A stretch of DNA of 52,713 bases, filler included, from Trypethelium eluteriae (Eukaryota): NCBI GenBank assembly GCA_051942245.1. It is 3 parts of 3 records of this genome, joined end to end, with 100 filler letters (N's around TTAATTAATTAA, not from the genome) between each part and the next. Parts side by side here need not be neighbours in the genome. Positions count along the whole stretch, not along the records: positions 1 to 17,534 come from JAVECL010000585.1; 2 more parts are not named here. The stretch is one strand, 5' to 3'. The position numbers and the translations under genes were made by a program. How positions within the stretch are numbered: position 1 is the first letter of the stretch; the number at the start of each line of letters is the position of its first letter. Positions 1 to 14,023 of the stretch are shown here, piece by piece. A model generated the notes under the pieces. It was not told where the DNA came from. It searched no databases and saw nothing but the letters and a program-made list of their open reading frames with translations.

Positions 1-198
1 TTCTTATCTGGCTAGGAAATGAAGCTGCATATATACACCGTAACAACCCCTGTATCTTCGGGATCTCATCCTTCTGCTTCCGAGAATATTAGTCAGCTAA
101 ATGACCTAGAACTCTCTGATATAGCTAGGATAATATTGACAGATTTCCTATTCCAATTCCTTCAGACATACATTATACCTGAAACTCAACAACTAACA

Positions 199-1373
199 TT
201 ATATATGATTAATCTCCTTAGAGTCGCTTGCTCTAGAACCTTTAGGCTGTTGCGACACAGATGCGCGGGCGTCTGTGGCTGCTTGTTGCAAGCACGTCAA
301 ACGCTCGTTCTCCCGGCCAAACCAAAATGGTCTCAGGTCCGCCGTTGGCTCCTCGAGCTCAGTATATGTGTCTCCCAGGGTTAGGATGATTCGGCCGTTC
401 CACCGCTCTTCTTCTGTGTACTTTTTTGCGACTCCTTCTTTTCCGTAAGTGGTGACGCGTCGAGGTTGTTTGGCTGTCGCGGCGTACACTAGTGCTCGCC
501 CGACGTGATCCGATGTGCTGACGGGAAGGCCCATGGCTATAATCGGGGCAGCGAGATGAGCAGGCAGGAGGCGCGTAATGGTGGCAGCCGGCGCGACCCC
601 ATTGATGGTAATATTATTTTCGGGAAAGACGGAACGCAGCGTGCGCACCAGGCCGACAAGCTGGAGCAGCAATCAATTAGCTTGGCCCTACATTTGATAC
701 CACGGGTGTGACAGGATATGGAGCTGATCAGGGATTACTCACGCCAGCTTTCGCAGCTGCATAGACAGGTAGGCTCTGCTCGGGTGCATAAGCCGTCGCA
801 CTCGTGGTGATGACAATGCTGCCGTGCGTGTCATTTTTGCGCATCGTACTCCATGCCAGCTTGACAAAGTACAGGACGCCTCTGAGATTCACGTCCAGAA
901 CGCGCTGAAAACTGTCATCAGGCTCACAGAGCTGGCCGCTTTCGTCAAATTCGTCGGCAAAGTAGTCTGTGTGCTCGGTCACGGCGGCATTTGCGAAGGC
1001 GAGGTCAACACTTCCTACAGCAACGAAGGCAGCGCGCAGTTCCTTCCAAGACGAGACATCGCACTTGCGGAACTTCAGGCCCACCGCTGGCTCTGCCGGG
1101 TCAGGATCTGACACATCCAGCACATGTACGGAGGCACCCTTGCGTGCAAGTAAGCGCGCTGTTGCAAGACCGATACCGGATGCGCCACCTTATATTTGTA
1201 ACAGGGAACAGTCAGCTCATTAGGGTGACTTCGAGAGACATGTTCGGTGGAGAGAGACTGCTCAGGTCGTACGGCAATTGGCGAACGGAGAAAGCGGAAT
1301 ACCTACCTGTCACTATGGCAGTCTTGCCCTCCAACGCAGGAATGCAGCTCTCGTTGATTTGAAGAGATGCCAT
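199..1373 (-). CDS. Classical short-chain dehydrogenase/reductase (3 exons: ~1373-1307, 1188-743, 660-199)
   Basis: Spliced product [29 protein letters not shown] (TGxxxGIG Rossmann motif across intron 1), CDVSSW, AFANAA, DVNLRG, catalytic YAAAK, INGVAP; GT-AG introns with branch sites. Confidence 0.9.
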
Positions 1374-1638
1374 CTTGTGAGAAAATAAGAACAGGTTTGG
1401 ACGGAGGCTTTGGAGAATGCAACCTCTATCAGGTTTGTGTGTACCGTATTTCATAAGACTCATCAAGACAGAGAGACCCACAAGGAGATGGAATTCGGCA
1501 ATTGCTCTAAATGGCTATTCCCAGTCTATCGGATCCTGAGTAATCGACAAGCGGCTCAGATATAGCACGGTGCGTACATGTCTCATAGGCACAGTCAGAT
1601 CTACACTCTTGCAGCTGTAAGGGGTCCAATTACAGGAA

Positions 1639-3520
1639 TTAGGCCTTCTTTGATGCCTTTCTCTGACTTACCGCCACCAGCAGTTTCGGCTTCTTCCATA
1701 GCGTGTGCATTTGAGATTCACGGTGCCAGTCTAGCTTGTCATCCATCAGCTCAAGGTCATATCTCCAGAGTAGCCGGGCCAGCGTTGTACGCAGTTCCAT
1801 CCACCCCAAGCTGCCCCTCTTGTCAGCTCGTGTCCTTCCAGGCCAGTCGGATAGGCACTTACTTGCGTCCCAGACAGCCGCGCGGACCTAGTGAGAATGG
1901 TTGGGCAGCATCCAACACGTCGTCACTCTGGCCTAGCCACCTCTCCGGCTTGAACAATTCTGGCTCGGCGAAGTTTGTCGGATTGAGGCTTGCGGCGACA
2001 GGGTTAGTATACACGACCACCTGAGCAGTAAAGTTAGCTTCCTATTCTCTTGGAGAAAGCATGGAAGTGAACTCGCCCCAGCTGGTAGAAAACGGCCGTC
2101 CACCACATCCCCTCCCTGAGGCACCACTCTTGGCAGACCTAAAGGCAGCGGCGGGTAGATGCGCAACCCTTCTAGTATTACCATCCGCAAGTACGGTAGC
2201 CGCTGCGTAGCTTGTGCGTTGATGTCGCCATAACTCTGGAACGTAACCCTGATCTCATCCTTCAGCCGCTGCATAATCTTCGGCGTCCTCAACAAGTAAT
2301 ACGTAATGGCGCTCAGGGCTGTAGCCGTGGTCTCGCTCCCAGCGAGCACAAAATCCGACGCATGCGCCGCCAGCTGAAGGTCCGAGACTTTGTCAGGGTC
2401 GCGCTCCTCTAAAATGCGCGTCATGAAGTCCTTGCGTGCAGCAGCCTTTCGCAAGATGCGCCGATTGACAAGCTCGATTGCGAAATCCTCGTTTGCCTGC
2501 GTGTCTTTGGTCAGCTTGGCGATTTTGGACTTGAAGAGCGGCATAAGCGCTGCCGCAAGCCGAGGGAAGCGCTTGAACATATCGGCAAGCGCACCCTGTG
2601 TCAGGGCGCCCATCGCAATGTCGATCCATGGGTGTGACTTGTCTGTTGCTACGCACTGCGTCAGATCATGGAATTCTCGGTCTTTTATGGATACGCACCG
2701 TTGTCTAAGCCGCCAAAAGGCTCCCCGAAAGCCAAGTCGCCAATAATGTCAAATGTCATCATCTCGTACGCCTTGCCGATATCCCAGCCTCTTTTGCCAT
2801 TACTACGCTTGCCCGCTAGGTCAACAAATTTGCTGATTGTCGCCGTGATGATCTCCTCCTGCTCGGACAAAGACCGATCGGAGAAGGCATGCGAGAGATA
2901 TTTCCGCATTTGGCCGTGAGCCTCTGCATCTCGCTCACTGACGATGCTGTGTACTCCGCGGCCAGCGAATGAGCCTCCGTCATAGAACTGACTCTTGATG
3001 AAAGTCTGGTGGCCCTGCCGGAAGCCGTAGATATCCTTCCATGACTGGGCCGAGTTGAAAGCGAGCTCATTCGGCGCTGTGCGAACCACGGAACCTGGAT
3101 AAAACGTCAGCGAGTGTCATGGGCTTTCCATGCAGGTGAGACCGACCGTACTTCTTGTGTAGATCCAGAAGCTTGTATGGCTGGCGGCCGCTAAAGAACC
3201 ATACACTGTGGGGAATCTTACGAATGGTGTCAGTGATCAACGCCATGAATATCGGTTGGAGGAGATATAAAGGACGCACGTTACTACAAGCAGCCACTTT
3301 GGGACCCGGGAACTTCGCCAATGGATGAAAGTAGAGATTGTAGACTATCTCTGCACAGATGCGAATGAGAAACTACGTACGCATGGTGTTAAATTGATGC
3401 TGGGCCGTCACCACAATCACAAAGTATAGTGCTCACTCCACAAAGTCCCAGAGCGATAACAATCGACACAAGCTGATACATCGACGCTTGCCCCTGCCAG
3501 ATGATGTTCAAGAACACCAT
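1639..3520 (-). CDS. Cytochrome P450 monooxygenase, multi-exon, secondary-metabolism type
   Basis: N-terminal TM anchor, [25 protein letters not shown]-helix [12 protein letters not shown] (ExxR), heme motif [11 protein letters not shown] near 1865-1900; last exon ends TAA at 1641-1639. Confidence 0.93.
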
Positions 3521-4179
3521 TGTACTGGTGTGCACGACAAAGATGATAATGATCAATCTCGTATAATAAGCTAATACTCAAGAACTGAAAAGGTGCCTAC
3601 ATCTAAGAGAAGGCTGTTCGATGAAGATGGTGCAGGATGGCAAAAGCTTAAAGTCTATACGTAGGCTGAGTTTGTGGCTATCCAGCCGTTGGCAAAACCT
3701 GGCGTGCTCCTTGCAAACGCCTGGATCGAAGCTGAGAGCGAACCTGGAATCAACGCGAGTGCGTGAGATAACACGGCGTTTACTGCAAAGAGATCCTCCA
3801 TGGCTTATTCAACCCCTTCGACGCCGAACCCGGCACTTTCCGCATTCAGCACGGCATGGCGTCGCGGAAAAATGTTCGCGCGGCCCGGTCTAGCCCAAAG
3901 TTTGAAGGCCTCGGATAGGACGTATACAGTCTACCTACCAAGGTAGGTAATACTGCAAGAACGTTTGGCAAAGGTGAAAAGCTCCCATGAACAGCATGTC
4001 ATCTCTCTTTTGCACGACCAACAATGGGCGTGGCATCGATTTTTGGTGTGTGCACTCTGTCTCCCCAAGCCACCGTGCCTCCTGCTTCCCTATTCCTCAT
4101 CACAGCCCCATACCCATCTCGCACCGCATGATCTGCACTCCGAATAGACACCTAGAAGACAGGATAGTCAGCTTTCATC
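3521..4179. promoter_or_regulatory. Divergent promoter region shared by P450 and PKS
   Basis: Head-to-head genes ~660 bp apart; cluster of CGG/CCG triplets at ~3820-3890 could be Zn2Cys6 factor sites (inference). Confidence 0.45.
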
Positions 4180-7100
4180 ATGGCTGCTGTTGGCAGCATA
4201 CCCTTGGCGAATGGAACTCATGATGCTCGACGCAATGAGGACAGTAGTACCACAGACCCCAAAACAGAACCCCTTGCCATCATTGGCATGGCGTGCCGCT
4301 TCTCCGGAGATGCTACGAGCCCAGAGAAACTGTGGGATCTCGTTTCACAAGGGCGAGATGCGTGGTCTGCTGTGCCTGCCGAGCGCTTCAACCAGAAGGC
4401 CTTCTATCATCCGCAGTCTGATCGTCTATCGACCATGTCCATGAAGGGCGGTTTCTTCCTCCGCGAGGATCCTGGGGCTTTCGACCCGTCCTTTTTTAAC
4501 CTCTCTGCCGAAGTGGCCGCAGCCATGGACCCCCAGATCCGGATCCAGCTTGAGGTAGTATTCGAAGCGCTCGAGTCTGCCGGACTGCCGCTATCTTCTG
4601 TTGTAGGGTCGAATACTGCCGTCTTCACAGGGTCGTTCACCAAGGACTATCATGACCTACAGCTACGTGACCCATTGAATATGTCAAGGGCCTTCGTAAC
4701 AGGCAATTACGCCGCCATGCTGGCAAATCGTGTATCGCATTTCTTTGACTTGAAGGGCACATCCGTCGCCGTGGACACTGGCTGCAGCACCAGCTTGATG
4801 GGCTTGCACTTTGCTGCGCAGACCTTGAGGGGAGGTGACTCCGACTGTGCAATTGTTGGAGGCGCATGTCTCAATTTGAACCCAGACGCGTTTGTGAATT
4901 TATCAACGCTGCAGTACGTTCTCCCCCTTTCACTCAACTGACCCTTTCTCTTCATTCTGGGTGGGTTTTTCTATCTTGATATCTTTCCTAACTGGGCCAT
5001 TCCAGAACTTGTGGACCCGACGGCAAGTGCTATGCTTTCGATGAGCGCGCACAGGGGTATGGCCGTGGGGACGGCATCGCTGCTATAATCATCAAGCGCT
5101 TATCTTCTGCTATCCGTGACGGTGACGTGATCCGTGCTGTCGTGCGCGAGACGGCTTCGAACCAAGACGGGCGCACCCCAACCATCACCGCCCCCGATTC
5201 TGATGCGCAGCGCGATCTGATCGAGGCCTGTTACACCCGTGCAGGACTGAATCCGCGAGACACGACCGTCGTCGAAGCGCATGGCACGGGAACAAGAGTT
5301 GGCGACCCGGCGGAGGCCCGAGCGATCGGCGTGGCGATGGGAAGGGGAAGAAAGAAGCCCCTGTATGTAGCCAGCGTCAAGACGAATCTGGGCCACACAG
5401 AGGCTGCATCCGGGCTGGCAGCAGTGATAAAGATGGTCCTGGCGCTGGAAAATCAGCAGATCCCGCCGAGTTTGAATTTTGAGAAGGCAAATCCTGAGAT
5501 TGACTTGGGAGGATTAGGATTAACGGTAACTTTGCTCTTTAAATATCCTTATTGTATATAGGCTCACAAGTATTCAGATACCCACGAAGCTCGAACCATG
5601 GACATCAAACGGGCCTCGACGGGCGTCTATCAATAACTTTGGCTATGGTAAGTGATTTTAAGAGGTCCCTCTTTCTCTTTGCAGCCCTTTTCTCTGTTTG
5701 AAGAGGCATTCGTCCCGAAACACCAATACCGACCTCTGATCATCGCCAAGGGGGAACAAACACGCATGTGATCATGGAAGAAGCCCCTTTGGGACCTGCA
5801 GCACTCGGAGCTCACAGCCAACGTCCGACCCGACAGCTTTTCTTAGTCAGTGCGCATCATAAGAGCGCTACACGGCAGATGGCGGGAAACCTGAACGAGT
5901 ATATCGAGTCGTCTGGAAACAAATTTTTCCATCCATCTGCGTTCTCAGACCTGGCTTTCACCTTGGCTGAACGACGAACGCGCTTTCCCTGGACCATCGC
6001 TGTGAGTGCCTCTGGACCTGAAGACCTCGCTTCGACACTTGGCGACAGTACGGTACAGCCTGTACAGAGGCTCGAGAAGCCACCGCGGATAGGTTTTGTT
6101 TTCAATGGCCAAGGTGCGCAATGGTTCGCGATGGGGAGGGAACTGTCTGCATGCTATCCAGTCTACAAGCATACTATCGAGGAGTGCGACCGCGTTATTC
6201 AGTCTTTCGGCTCTGACTGGTCCTTGGTCGAGGAACTCGGACGCAGCAAAGAGAAATCGCGCGTGAACGAAGTCAAATTTAGTATACCCCTCTCGTGCGC
6301 GGTACAGCTTGCTCTAGTGCAACTACTACGTGCCTTTGGCATCGTACCAGCAGCTGTGACAGGACACTCCTCAGGGGAAGTTGCTGCGGCTTTCGCGGCT
6401 GGCGGCCTGTCACTCCGCGACGCCATGGCATGCACCTATTTCCGAGGGCTCGTAACGGCAAAGCACCTCGCTGAAGCGACTGGACGTATGGCGGGCGGTA
6501 TGCTGGCTGTGGGGCTGGGAAGTTCAGACGCGCAACCGTACGTGGGTAGTGCTACAGCAGGAAAGGTCGTCATTGCATGCGAGAATAGCCCTTCTAGTGT
6601 TACGCTATCAGGCGATATGGCAGCTATCGAGGAGCTGGAGGCCAGGTTGTCTTCAGAAAACATCTTTGCACGCAAGCTGGTTGTCCAGTCCGCCTTTCAT
6701 TCGCATCACATGCAGCCCTTGGTAAAGAATTACCGCACAGCGCTAGAACAGCACATGGCCAAGCAGCGGAAGTTTGCGGAGGATATATTGTTCGTATCTC
6801 CCGTGACGGGTACAAGGATAGCCAACGCGGGTCAGCTCGGTCCGGAGCATTGGGTTCGGAACATGATAAGCCCAGTGCTGTTCTACGATTCGTTCTGTAA
6901 TATGGTAACCACAGAGCAGTCGGACGGCGCCGACGTACGAAACATCGACTTCATGGTGGAGATTGGCCCACACAGTGCCTTAGCTGGTCCTATCCGGCAA
7001 ATTCTCAAAGCTGTGCCGTCTACAAAGGGCCTTTCGACTGCCTATGGAGCCTGTTTAGAGCGTGGTCAAGACGCCGCACTCACCATCCAAAAGTTGGCGG

Positions 7101-10100
7101 GACTCCTCGTTTCTAAGGGCTACCCAGTCAATACCTCGTATGTGAACGCTCCTAACGGACAGAAGGGTTCTCGAGTTATGACCGGTCTGCCGTCTTATCC
7201 TTGGGATCACACTCAGCGGTTCTGGTGGGAGTCACGTATCAGTAATCAACACAGGTTTCGCGAGCACACCCAACACGACCTTCTCGGCGTGCGTATACCC
7301 GGAACGAGCGATCAGTCGCCAATATGGCGGCAGGTTATTCGCACAAGCGATGTAAGCCGTGACAAATTTGTCGCCCATACTGGTACTATCCACTGACTCT
7401 TCCTAGCTACCTTGGGTTCGCGACCATGTTGTACAAGGCAACATTGTGTATCCCGGAGCAGGTTATATCGCCATGGCAATCGAAGCTATGCGCCAGCTAC
7501 ACCCCTCTCCGTTCACCATCAAAGGCTACCTCCTTGAGGAGATTGAGTTTCTGCATGCCACTATCATCCCCGAGGTTAGCGAGGGTGTCGAAGTTCAGCT
7601 GTTCCTGGAACACGCCAGTGAAAAGGCCCTTGATAGCAGTAAGCGTGTCTTCCGCATCTACTCTCCGTTGCCGGATGGTTCATGGGCCGAAGCTGCGCGG
7701 GGGATTATCGCCGCAGAGACGGATTCGGCAGGGTCGAGACCTACACTGAGATCTGTGCAAGCTATCGACTTCGCTACTACATACAACAGAACCATGACAC
7801 CGAAGGCATTTTACGAGTCCCTGGCTACGGCGGGTGTTAGGCATGGGCAGTCATTCCAGGGGCTAATCAACATCCGCAAGGCCGATGGCCAATCAGCCAC
7901 GGTTCTTGTGATTCGCGACTCAGCCGCACTGATGCCGTACAACTGGCAAGAGCCGCATGTAGTCCACCCGATCACTCTGGACGCCGTCTTCCAGGCCGCC
8001 TATACAACGCTCTCCACTGAAGCACGCAAGACCGTAGGCACAGCAGTGCCCCGTTCGGTCAAGTCGCTTTACGTCTCGTCCGATATTAGTCCTGAACCTG
8101 GCAAGCAACTTCAAGCCTATTCTCATCTGCTGAACTACCACCGCCAAGGTTTCGACGTGTCTTTAGCCGTCCAGCACTCTCAACCTGTCAAGCAAACACT
8201 CATCGAGATGGACACTTTGAGGTTCCAGTCCGTCGATACCACAGCCACTGACAGTAGTGATGCGCAGAACAAGATATGTGCCTTTGAGGAGTGGGTGCCG
8301 AGTGTCGTGCTCAACCAGCCCCACGAGCTATTCAGCATGCAGCTACAACGCTCTGCAGACCCAGCCGAGATTACTATAGGTCAGGAGCTGACACGGGCTG
8401 CATACTACCTGATCTTAGACGCGATGGCTCAGCTCACGGCGGAGGATATCGCGCAGCTCGAATGGTACCATCAGTCGCTGCATCGCTGGATGAAGCTGCA
8501 GCTGCAGCGAGCGAGCGAGGATAAGTTGGGTCCCCGCAGCTCAAAGTGGACACGAGCGACACCCGGTGCGAAGGCAGCGCTAATTGATCGAGTCGCAAGC
8601 GCCAGCATAAATGGCGCTCTAACGGTACGTGTGGGCCAGAATCTACTAGCTATTCTCCGTCATGAGTTGGCACCGTTAGAGGTCATGCTAGAAGGGGGCT
8701 TGCTGTACCAGTTCTACCGCGAGATGCTACACTTTACCGAATCTACGGAACAGCTTGCTCAGGTGGCGAAGGCTATTACGCGGGAGAATCCTCGTGCGCG
8801 AATCCTCGAGATCGGCGCCGGGACTGGAGGCTGCACAGGGCCGGTCTTGGCTGCACTCGGAGGCGACGGTGTCACTCCGGCCCGCTTCGACCACTATTCT
8901 TTCACGGACATTTCCTCAGGGTTCTTTCAGGCAGCCAGAGAACGCTTCGCGGCATGGGGTGATCTGGTGAGTTACCAGGCGCTCAACATCGAGAACGATC
9001 CGGCGGAGCAAGGTTTTACCGAGAAGTACGACCTCATCATTGCTGCGCAAGTCCTCCATGCAACCAAGAAGATGTCTCTAACCATGCGTAACGTACGCAA
9101 GCTGCTCAAGGACGGCGGTAAGCTCCTGCTAGTCGAGACTACAAGAGACACGACCGACGGTCACTTGATATTTGGCACCTTGCCAGGATGGTGGCTGAGT
9201 GAGGAGCCACAGCGTCAATATAGCCCCAACATGTCGCTGCAGACCTGGAAACCGATTCTGGAAGAAGCCGGCTTTGGAGGAATCGACTTAGACATCTGGG
9301 ACTGTGAAAACGAGGAGCATCGCGCGATGAGTGTCATCATGTCGACCGCCATTCCCGAGGAGTCGCCAGTGTATAACACCGAGGTAGCACTAGTCTGGGG
9401 AACCACTAAGCCGCCGACAGACTGGCTGCGAGGCTTGGCTCAGAAGATCAAAGACGTCACTGGCATCGCGCCCATCATGACAGACCTCACTAGGCTAGAG
9501 GCCGAAGATAAGCTGTGCATCTTCCTCTCGGGCCTGGATGGATCTCCACAGAAGTTTGACGAGTCTAATTTCGACTCGATCAAGACTATGGCCACCCAAA
9601 GCAAGGATCTCATGTGGGTCACTGTAGGATCGTCCATAGATTGCCTGGTCCCTGAGAACGCACTACACAAAGGCTTCCTTCGGACGTGCCGCGTTGAAGA
9701 TCGGACTAAGCGTTTCGTTTCCTTCGATTTGGACCCGTCCAGACCTAAATGGGACCCTAGATTTCCAGCTTCTATAGCTAAAGTGTTCGCTAGCGTGTTC
9801 AACGACGCCGGCGGCCGGAGTGAGGATTTTGAGTTCGCTGAGCGTCAAGGTCAGATCCTGCTGCCACGTCTAGTGCGTGACGGCACCGAAAACAAGACCT
9901 TCATCAACGGCACCAGAGAGATCGAGCTGCAGCCGTTTGTACAGCCAGAAACCGATGGTCGCGTCCTCAAGTTGGAAGTGACGAAGCCGGGCCTCCTTGA
10001 CAGCATTGTTTTTCGCGACGATGAAGATGTTGAGCTGCCACTTCCCGAGGGTTGGGTCGAGATACAGCCGCATGCGTACGGTATCAACTTTCGCGACGTC

Positions 10101-12181
10101 ATGAGTGCTATGGGTCAGCTTGACGAAAAGCAGGAACTCGGTGTAGAGAGCGCTGGTATCGTTACCCGTGTAGGATTTAACAGCGGCGGCGGTATCCAAC
10201 CCGGCATGCGTGTCATTGCTCTGACACCGCATGGACATATAAGTGCGCGAGTACGTATTCCTTGGTATAATGTCGTTGCAATTCCGGACGACATGGAGTT
10301 CCCAGAGGCAGCAAGTGTCGCAGCCGTTTTTGCAACGGCTTATTACTCCATGTTCGACGCTGGGCGTCTTGAGAAAGGTGACACAATACTCGTACACGCT
10401 GCTGCCGGAGGTGTCGGTCAGGCGTGCATCATCTTGGCACAGTGGAAGGGTATCAGAGTCCTCGCCACCGTAGGTACCCCAGAGAAGCGGGCATTTTTGA
10501 TGGAGACATACGGCATTCCCGACAAGCACATTTTCTCCAGCCGTGACGAGTCCTTTGTTCAGGGCGTACTCGCTGCAACTAACCAGCAGGGGGTGGATGT
10601 TGTGATCAACTCACTAGCCGGTACATTACTCAACGCAACATGGAACATCGTCGCGCAGCATGGGCGGTTCATCGAGATCGGAAAGAGGGACATCCACCAA
10701 AACAAGGCTCTGGAAATGCGTCCGTTTAGAAAAGCCATCAGCTTCAGCGCTGTAGATCTCGTCCAGCTGTGTGATACGCGTGGCCATGTCGTTCAGCGGA
10801 CCCTTGTTGCTGTCATGGACCTGCTGAGGAGCAAGAGTATCCGTAATATCTCGCCGGTATCGCTGTATCCCATTTCGGACATTGCACGCGCCTTCCGGAC
10901 TATGCAGGCTGGGAAACACATTGGTAAAATTGTCGTGGTGCCAAATGCAAATGATATGGTGAAAGTGAGTAATTACAAGACTTTCTTCTTTTTCCCCTGA
11001 TGCTAATATTTGCCAAGACCCTGCCACGTGCAGAGGCTGCGAAGCTGTCTCCTAATGCCTCCTACCTCATCGTTGGTGGTCTCGGCGGTATCGGACGAGC
11101 ATATGCTCGCTGGATAGTCGACCATGGCGCGAAGCATCTCATCCTCCTCTCGCGCAGTGCCGCAAGCAGTCCGCAGGCTACAGTCCTCAAGAAAGAGCTT
11201 TCTGCCACTGGTGCCAACGTTATACTGAAAGACTGCAACGCCGCCGACATCAAGGCCCTCGAATCTGTCATTGCCGAATGCTCCAAAAGCATGCCTCCGC
11301 TACGTGGAATCATCCACGGTGGCATGGCGCTTAGCGATTCCGTTATTGAGTACATGACGCCCACCCAATGGGCCAATGCACTCGCTGCTAAGAAGACCGC
11401 AACACAGCATCTTTGCACCCTATTCCCAGGAAAGGACGACCTCGATTTCTTCATCATACTATCCTCGGCATTCGGCGTCATTGGCTCCGCTTCGCAAGCT
11501 AATTACACAGCTGGCGGTACGTTCCAGGACGCCGTCGCTCGCCGGCGTGCTGCTGCGGGCCTACCGTGTATCACCATCGACCTGGGCATGGTAGATGGCA
11601 TCGGCTACGTGGCCGAGAACAAGGCCGGGGTGGCAGAGCGCTTGCTTGCCAGCGGCCATCGTCCGCTCGCTGAGCACGACGTCCTTCAGCTGTTGGATTA
11701 CTGCGTGAGGCACCCGGTGCGCACGCCGCGAACTGCGCAGTTGATCACAGGTCTCGCCAGCAGTGCGGTGTGCAAGCTAAGCTGGGGCAAGGAGCGACGG
11801 TTCGCGGCGTTGGATGATGACAGTGTCGCCGCTGGCGGCAGATCCGATTCCAAGGCTGGCAGCGCGGCAAGCGCTAGCGCTAGGCTGAGGGAGGGCTTAA
11901 CGAGCGCGAGCACTGTGGAGGACGCGGGTAGCATGGTCGAAAAGGCCGTTGTTGAGAAGCTCGCGGACATGTTTGTAATCTCGGAGCAGGACATCGATGC
12001 CACCCAGCCGCTTTCCAACTATGGTGTTGATTCGCTGGTTGCGGTCGAGTTGCGAAACTGGCTCGTACCAACGACACAGTGTGAGATGTCAATATTTGAT
12101 CTGCTTCGGGCGCCATCTTTAAGAGAGCTAGCAGAAGGCATTGCCAAGAGGAGTAGAGCCTTGTACATCTCTTCAGAGTAG
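4180..12181 (+). CDS. Highly reducing iterative type I polyketide synthase KS-AT-DH-cMT-ER-KR-ACP (introns ~4914-5005, 5526-5577, 5648-5750, 7352-7406, 10965-11017)
   Basis: [64 protein letters not shown]; c[59 protein letters not shown]; introns restore the frame. Confidence 0.97.
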
Positions 12182-12982
12182 TATCTGCCGACCAAAGATG
12201 TGGGACGTTATCCAATGATACATTGATGAATCTATTAAAAGCTATATTAGAGTGGAAAGATTAATTTTGAGCATACAAAAGAGATCCAGACCACAGTCCT
12301 AAAAGACTAGATGACCGTTATCACTCTTTCACTTACGGATCTGTTCGCCATTTAGTGCCCTCGGATCGTGAAAGATGTGTGGCTATTGTAAAATCAACTA
12401 CATTGAATGAGACTTCGAGCAAATAAAATCCGTTGGATCTCAATTAAAGTAGTGGACTGCGCTGCTATTTATTATAAAACTGAGACACGACGGGTGATAA
12501 CTTGCGCCGACACGAAGATACACACGATTTTCTCAGGAACGATCTAGCTGCGTAGGATCCGCTATGTCCTGCGGTTCTCTCGCAATCCAAGGCAGGTAGG
12601 CATTGCTGCGCTGTGCCAGCTTGACCGGTCAAAATCACGGGAATAGGATATTGCAGTAATTCTCATCCACACGAAAGTCAGTTTTGGCAATCTCCTATCT
12701 CCGTGAATGCTGTGTTATTGCGTTCTTGGATTGGTTGCTTTGACGCAGGAGATCTGGAAGACCCTGCCACAGATCACCTGTGACATCATGAGGTTGATGT
12801 CATTGTCGCGGCTTCAGCTTTGCTGTAGAAAGACCCTGCAGCTCCGGATTGGTCGAGGAACTTCTTGGCGACTACTTCAAGCTGTTACTGCCGTTGGTCC
12901 GTCTTTGCAGGGTCCACCACTTCTCAATTGTACCAGTAAAAGATTCTCTCATAACATTTTTCAGCTCCGTAACTTCTCAACG

Positions 12983-14023
12983 ATGCCTTTCCCACAACGT
13001 AAAATCGGCGATGACAACGTCTCTGCTATGGGCTTGGGCTGCATGGGCATGACACAATCTTACGTCTCCTTTGGTGGCTACAATGATGAGGAATCGATCA
13101 AAACTCTCACAAGGGCTGCAGACATGGGCATGAATTTCTGGGACACTAGCGATATCTACGGGCCCGAAACGAATGAGCGACTAATTGGTAAATGGTTCAA
13201 GGAGACTGGAAGACGTAAGGAGATTTTCCTGGCGACTAAATTTGGCAATGTTTACGAAGGTGGCAAGAGAGGCGGGGGTATTCGAGGAGATGCTGCATAT
13301 GTGAAAGAAGCTTGCGCGAAGAGCCTGAGTAGGCTAGGCATCGACACGATTGATCTATACTACCAACATCGCGTGGATCCGGAGACCCCCATCGAGGAGA
13401 CCGTTGCCGCAATGGCCGAGCTGCAGAAGGAGGGCAAGATTCGGTATCTGGGGCTCTCCGAATGTTCAGCAACGACTTTGAGACGTGCACATAAGGTCCA
13501 TCCGATTGCAGCCGCGCAGATGGAGTTCTCGCCATTTGCTCTTGAAATTGAGTCAGAGCAGACCGAGTTCCTAAAGACTGCTCGGGAGCTTGGCGTCAAG
13601 ATCGTTGCTTACAGTCCTCTCGGCCGAGGGTTCTTGACGAATACTATCAAGAGTCGAGATGATATTGACCCAGGAGATTCCAGAGCCAACCATCCGCGAT
13701 TCTCAGCAGAGCATTTCGACGAAAACCTGAAACTCGTTCATGCGCTCAGCGCAATGGCATCGAAGAAGGGTGTGACACCTGGTCAGCTAGTATTGGCTTG
13801 GGTTCTTCAGCAAGGCAATGATTTTCTTCCTATCCCGGGTACAAAACGGGTGAAGTATTTGGAGGAGAACGCTGAAGCAATCAACGTCCATTTGAGTGAC
13901 GAGGAAGTAAAATTAATTAGAGGGGAAGTTGAGAAGGTTGGTGGAGGCAAAGGAGCGAGATACCCGCCAGCCATGATGGCAAAATGTTTTGGGGACAGTC
14001 CAGAACCCACTGCCGTCCATTAA
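12983..14023 (+). CDS. Aldo-keto reductase (YakC/AKR13-like), intronless; possible N-terminal extension from ATG 12788
   Basis: MGLGCMGM, FWDTSDIYG, FLATKFG, IDLYYQHRVD, LGLSE, AYSPLGRG, PIPGTKR. Confidence 0.93.
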   Translation: MPFPQRKIGDDNVSAMGLGCMGMTQSYVSFGGYNDEESIKTLTRAADMGMNFWDTSDIYGPETNERLIGKWFKETGRRKEIFLATKFGNVYEGGKRGGGIRGDAAYVKEACAKSLSRLGIDTIDLYYQHRVDPETPIEETVAAMAELQKEGKIRYLGLSECSATTLRRAHKVHPIAAAQMEFSPFALEIESEQTEFLKTARELGVKIVAYSPLGRGFLTNTIKSRDDIDPGDSRANHPRFSAEHFDENLKLVHALSAMASKKGVTPGQLVLAWVLQQGNDFLPIPGTKRVKYLEENAEAINVHLSDEEVKLIRGEVEKVGGGKGARYPPAMMAKCFGDSPEPTAVH

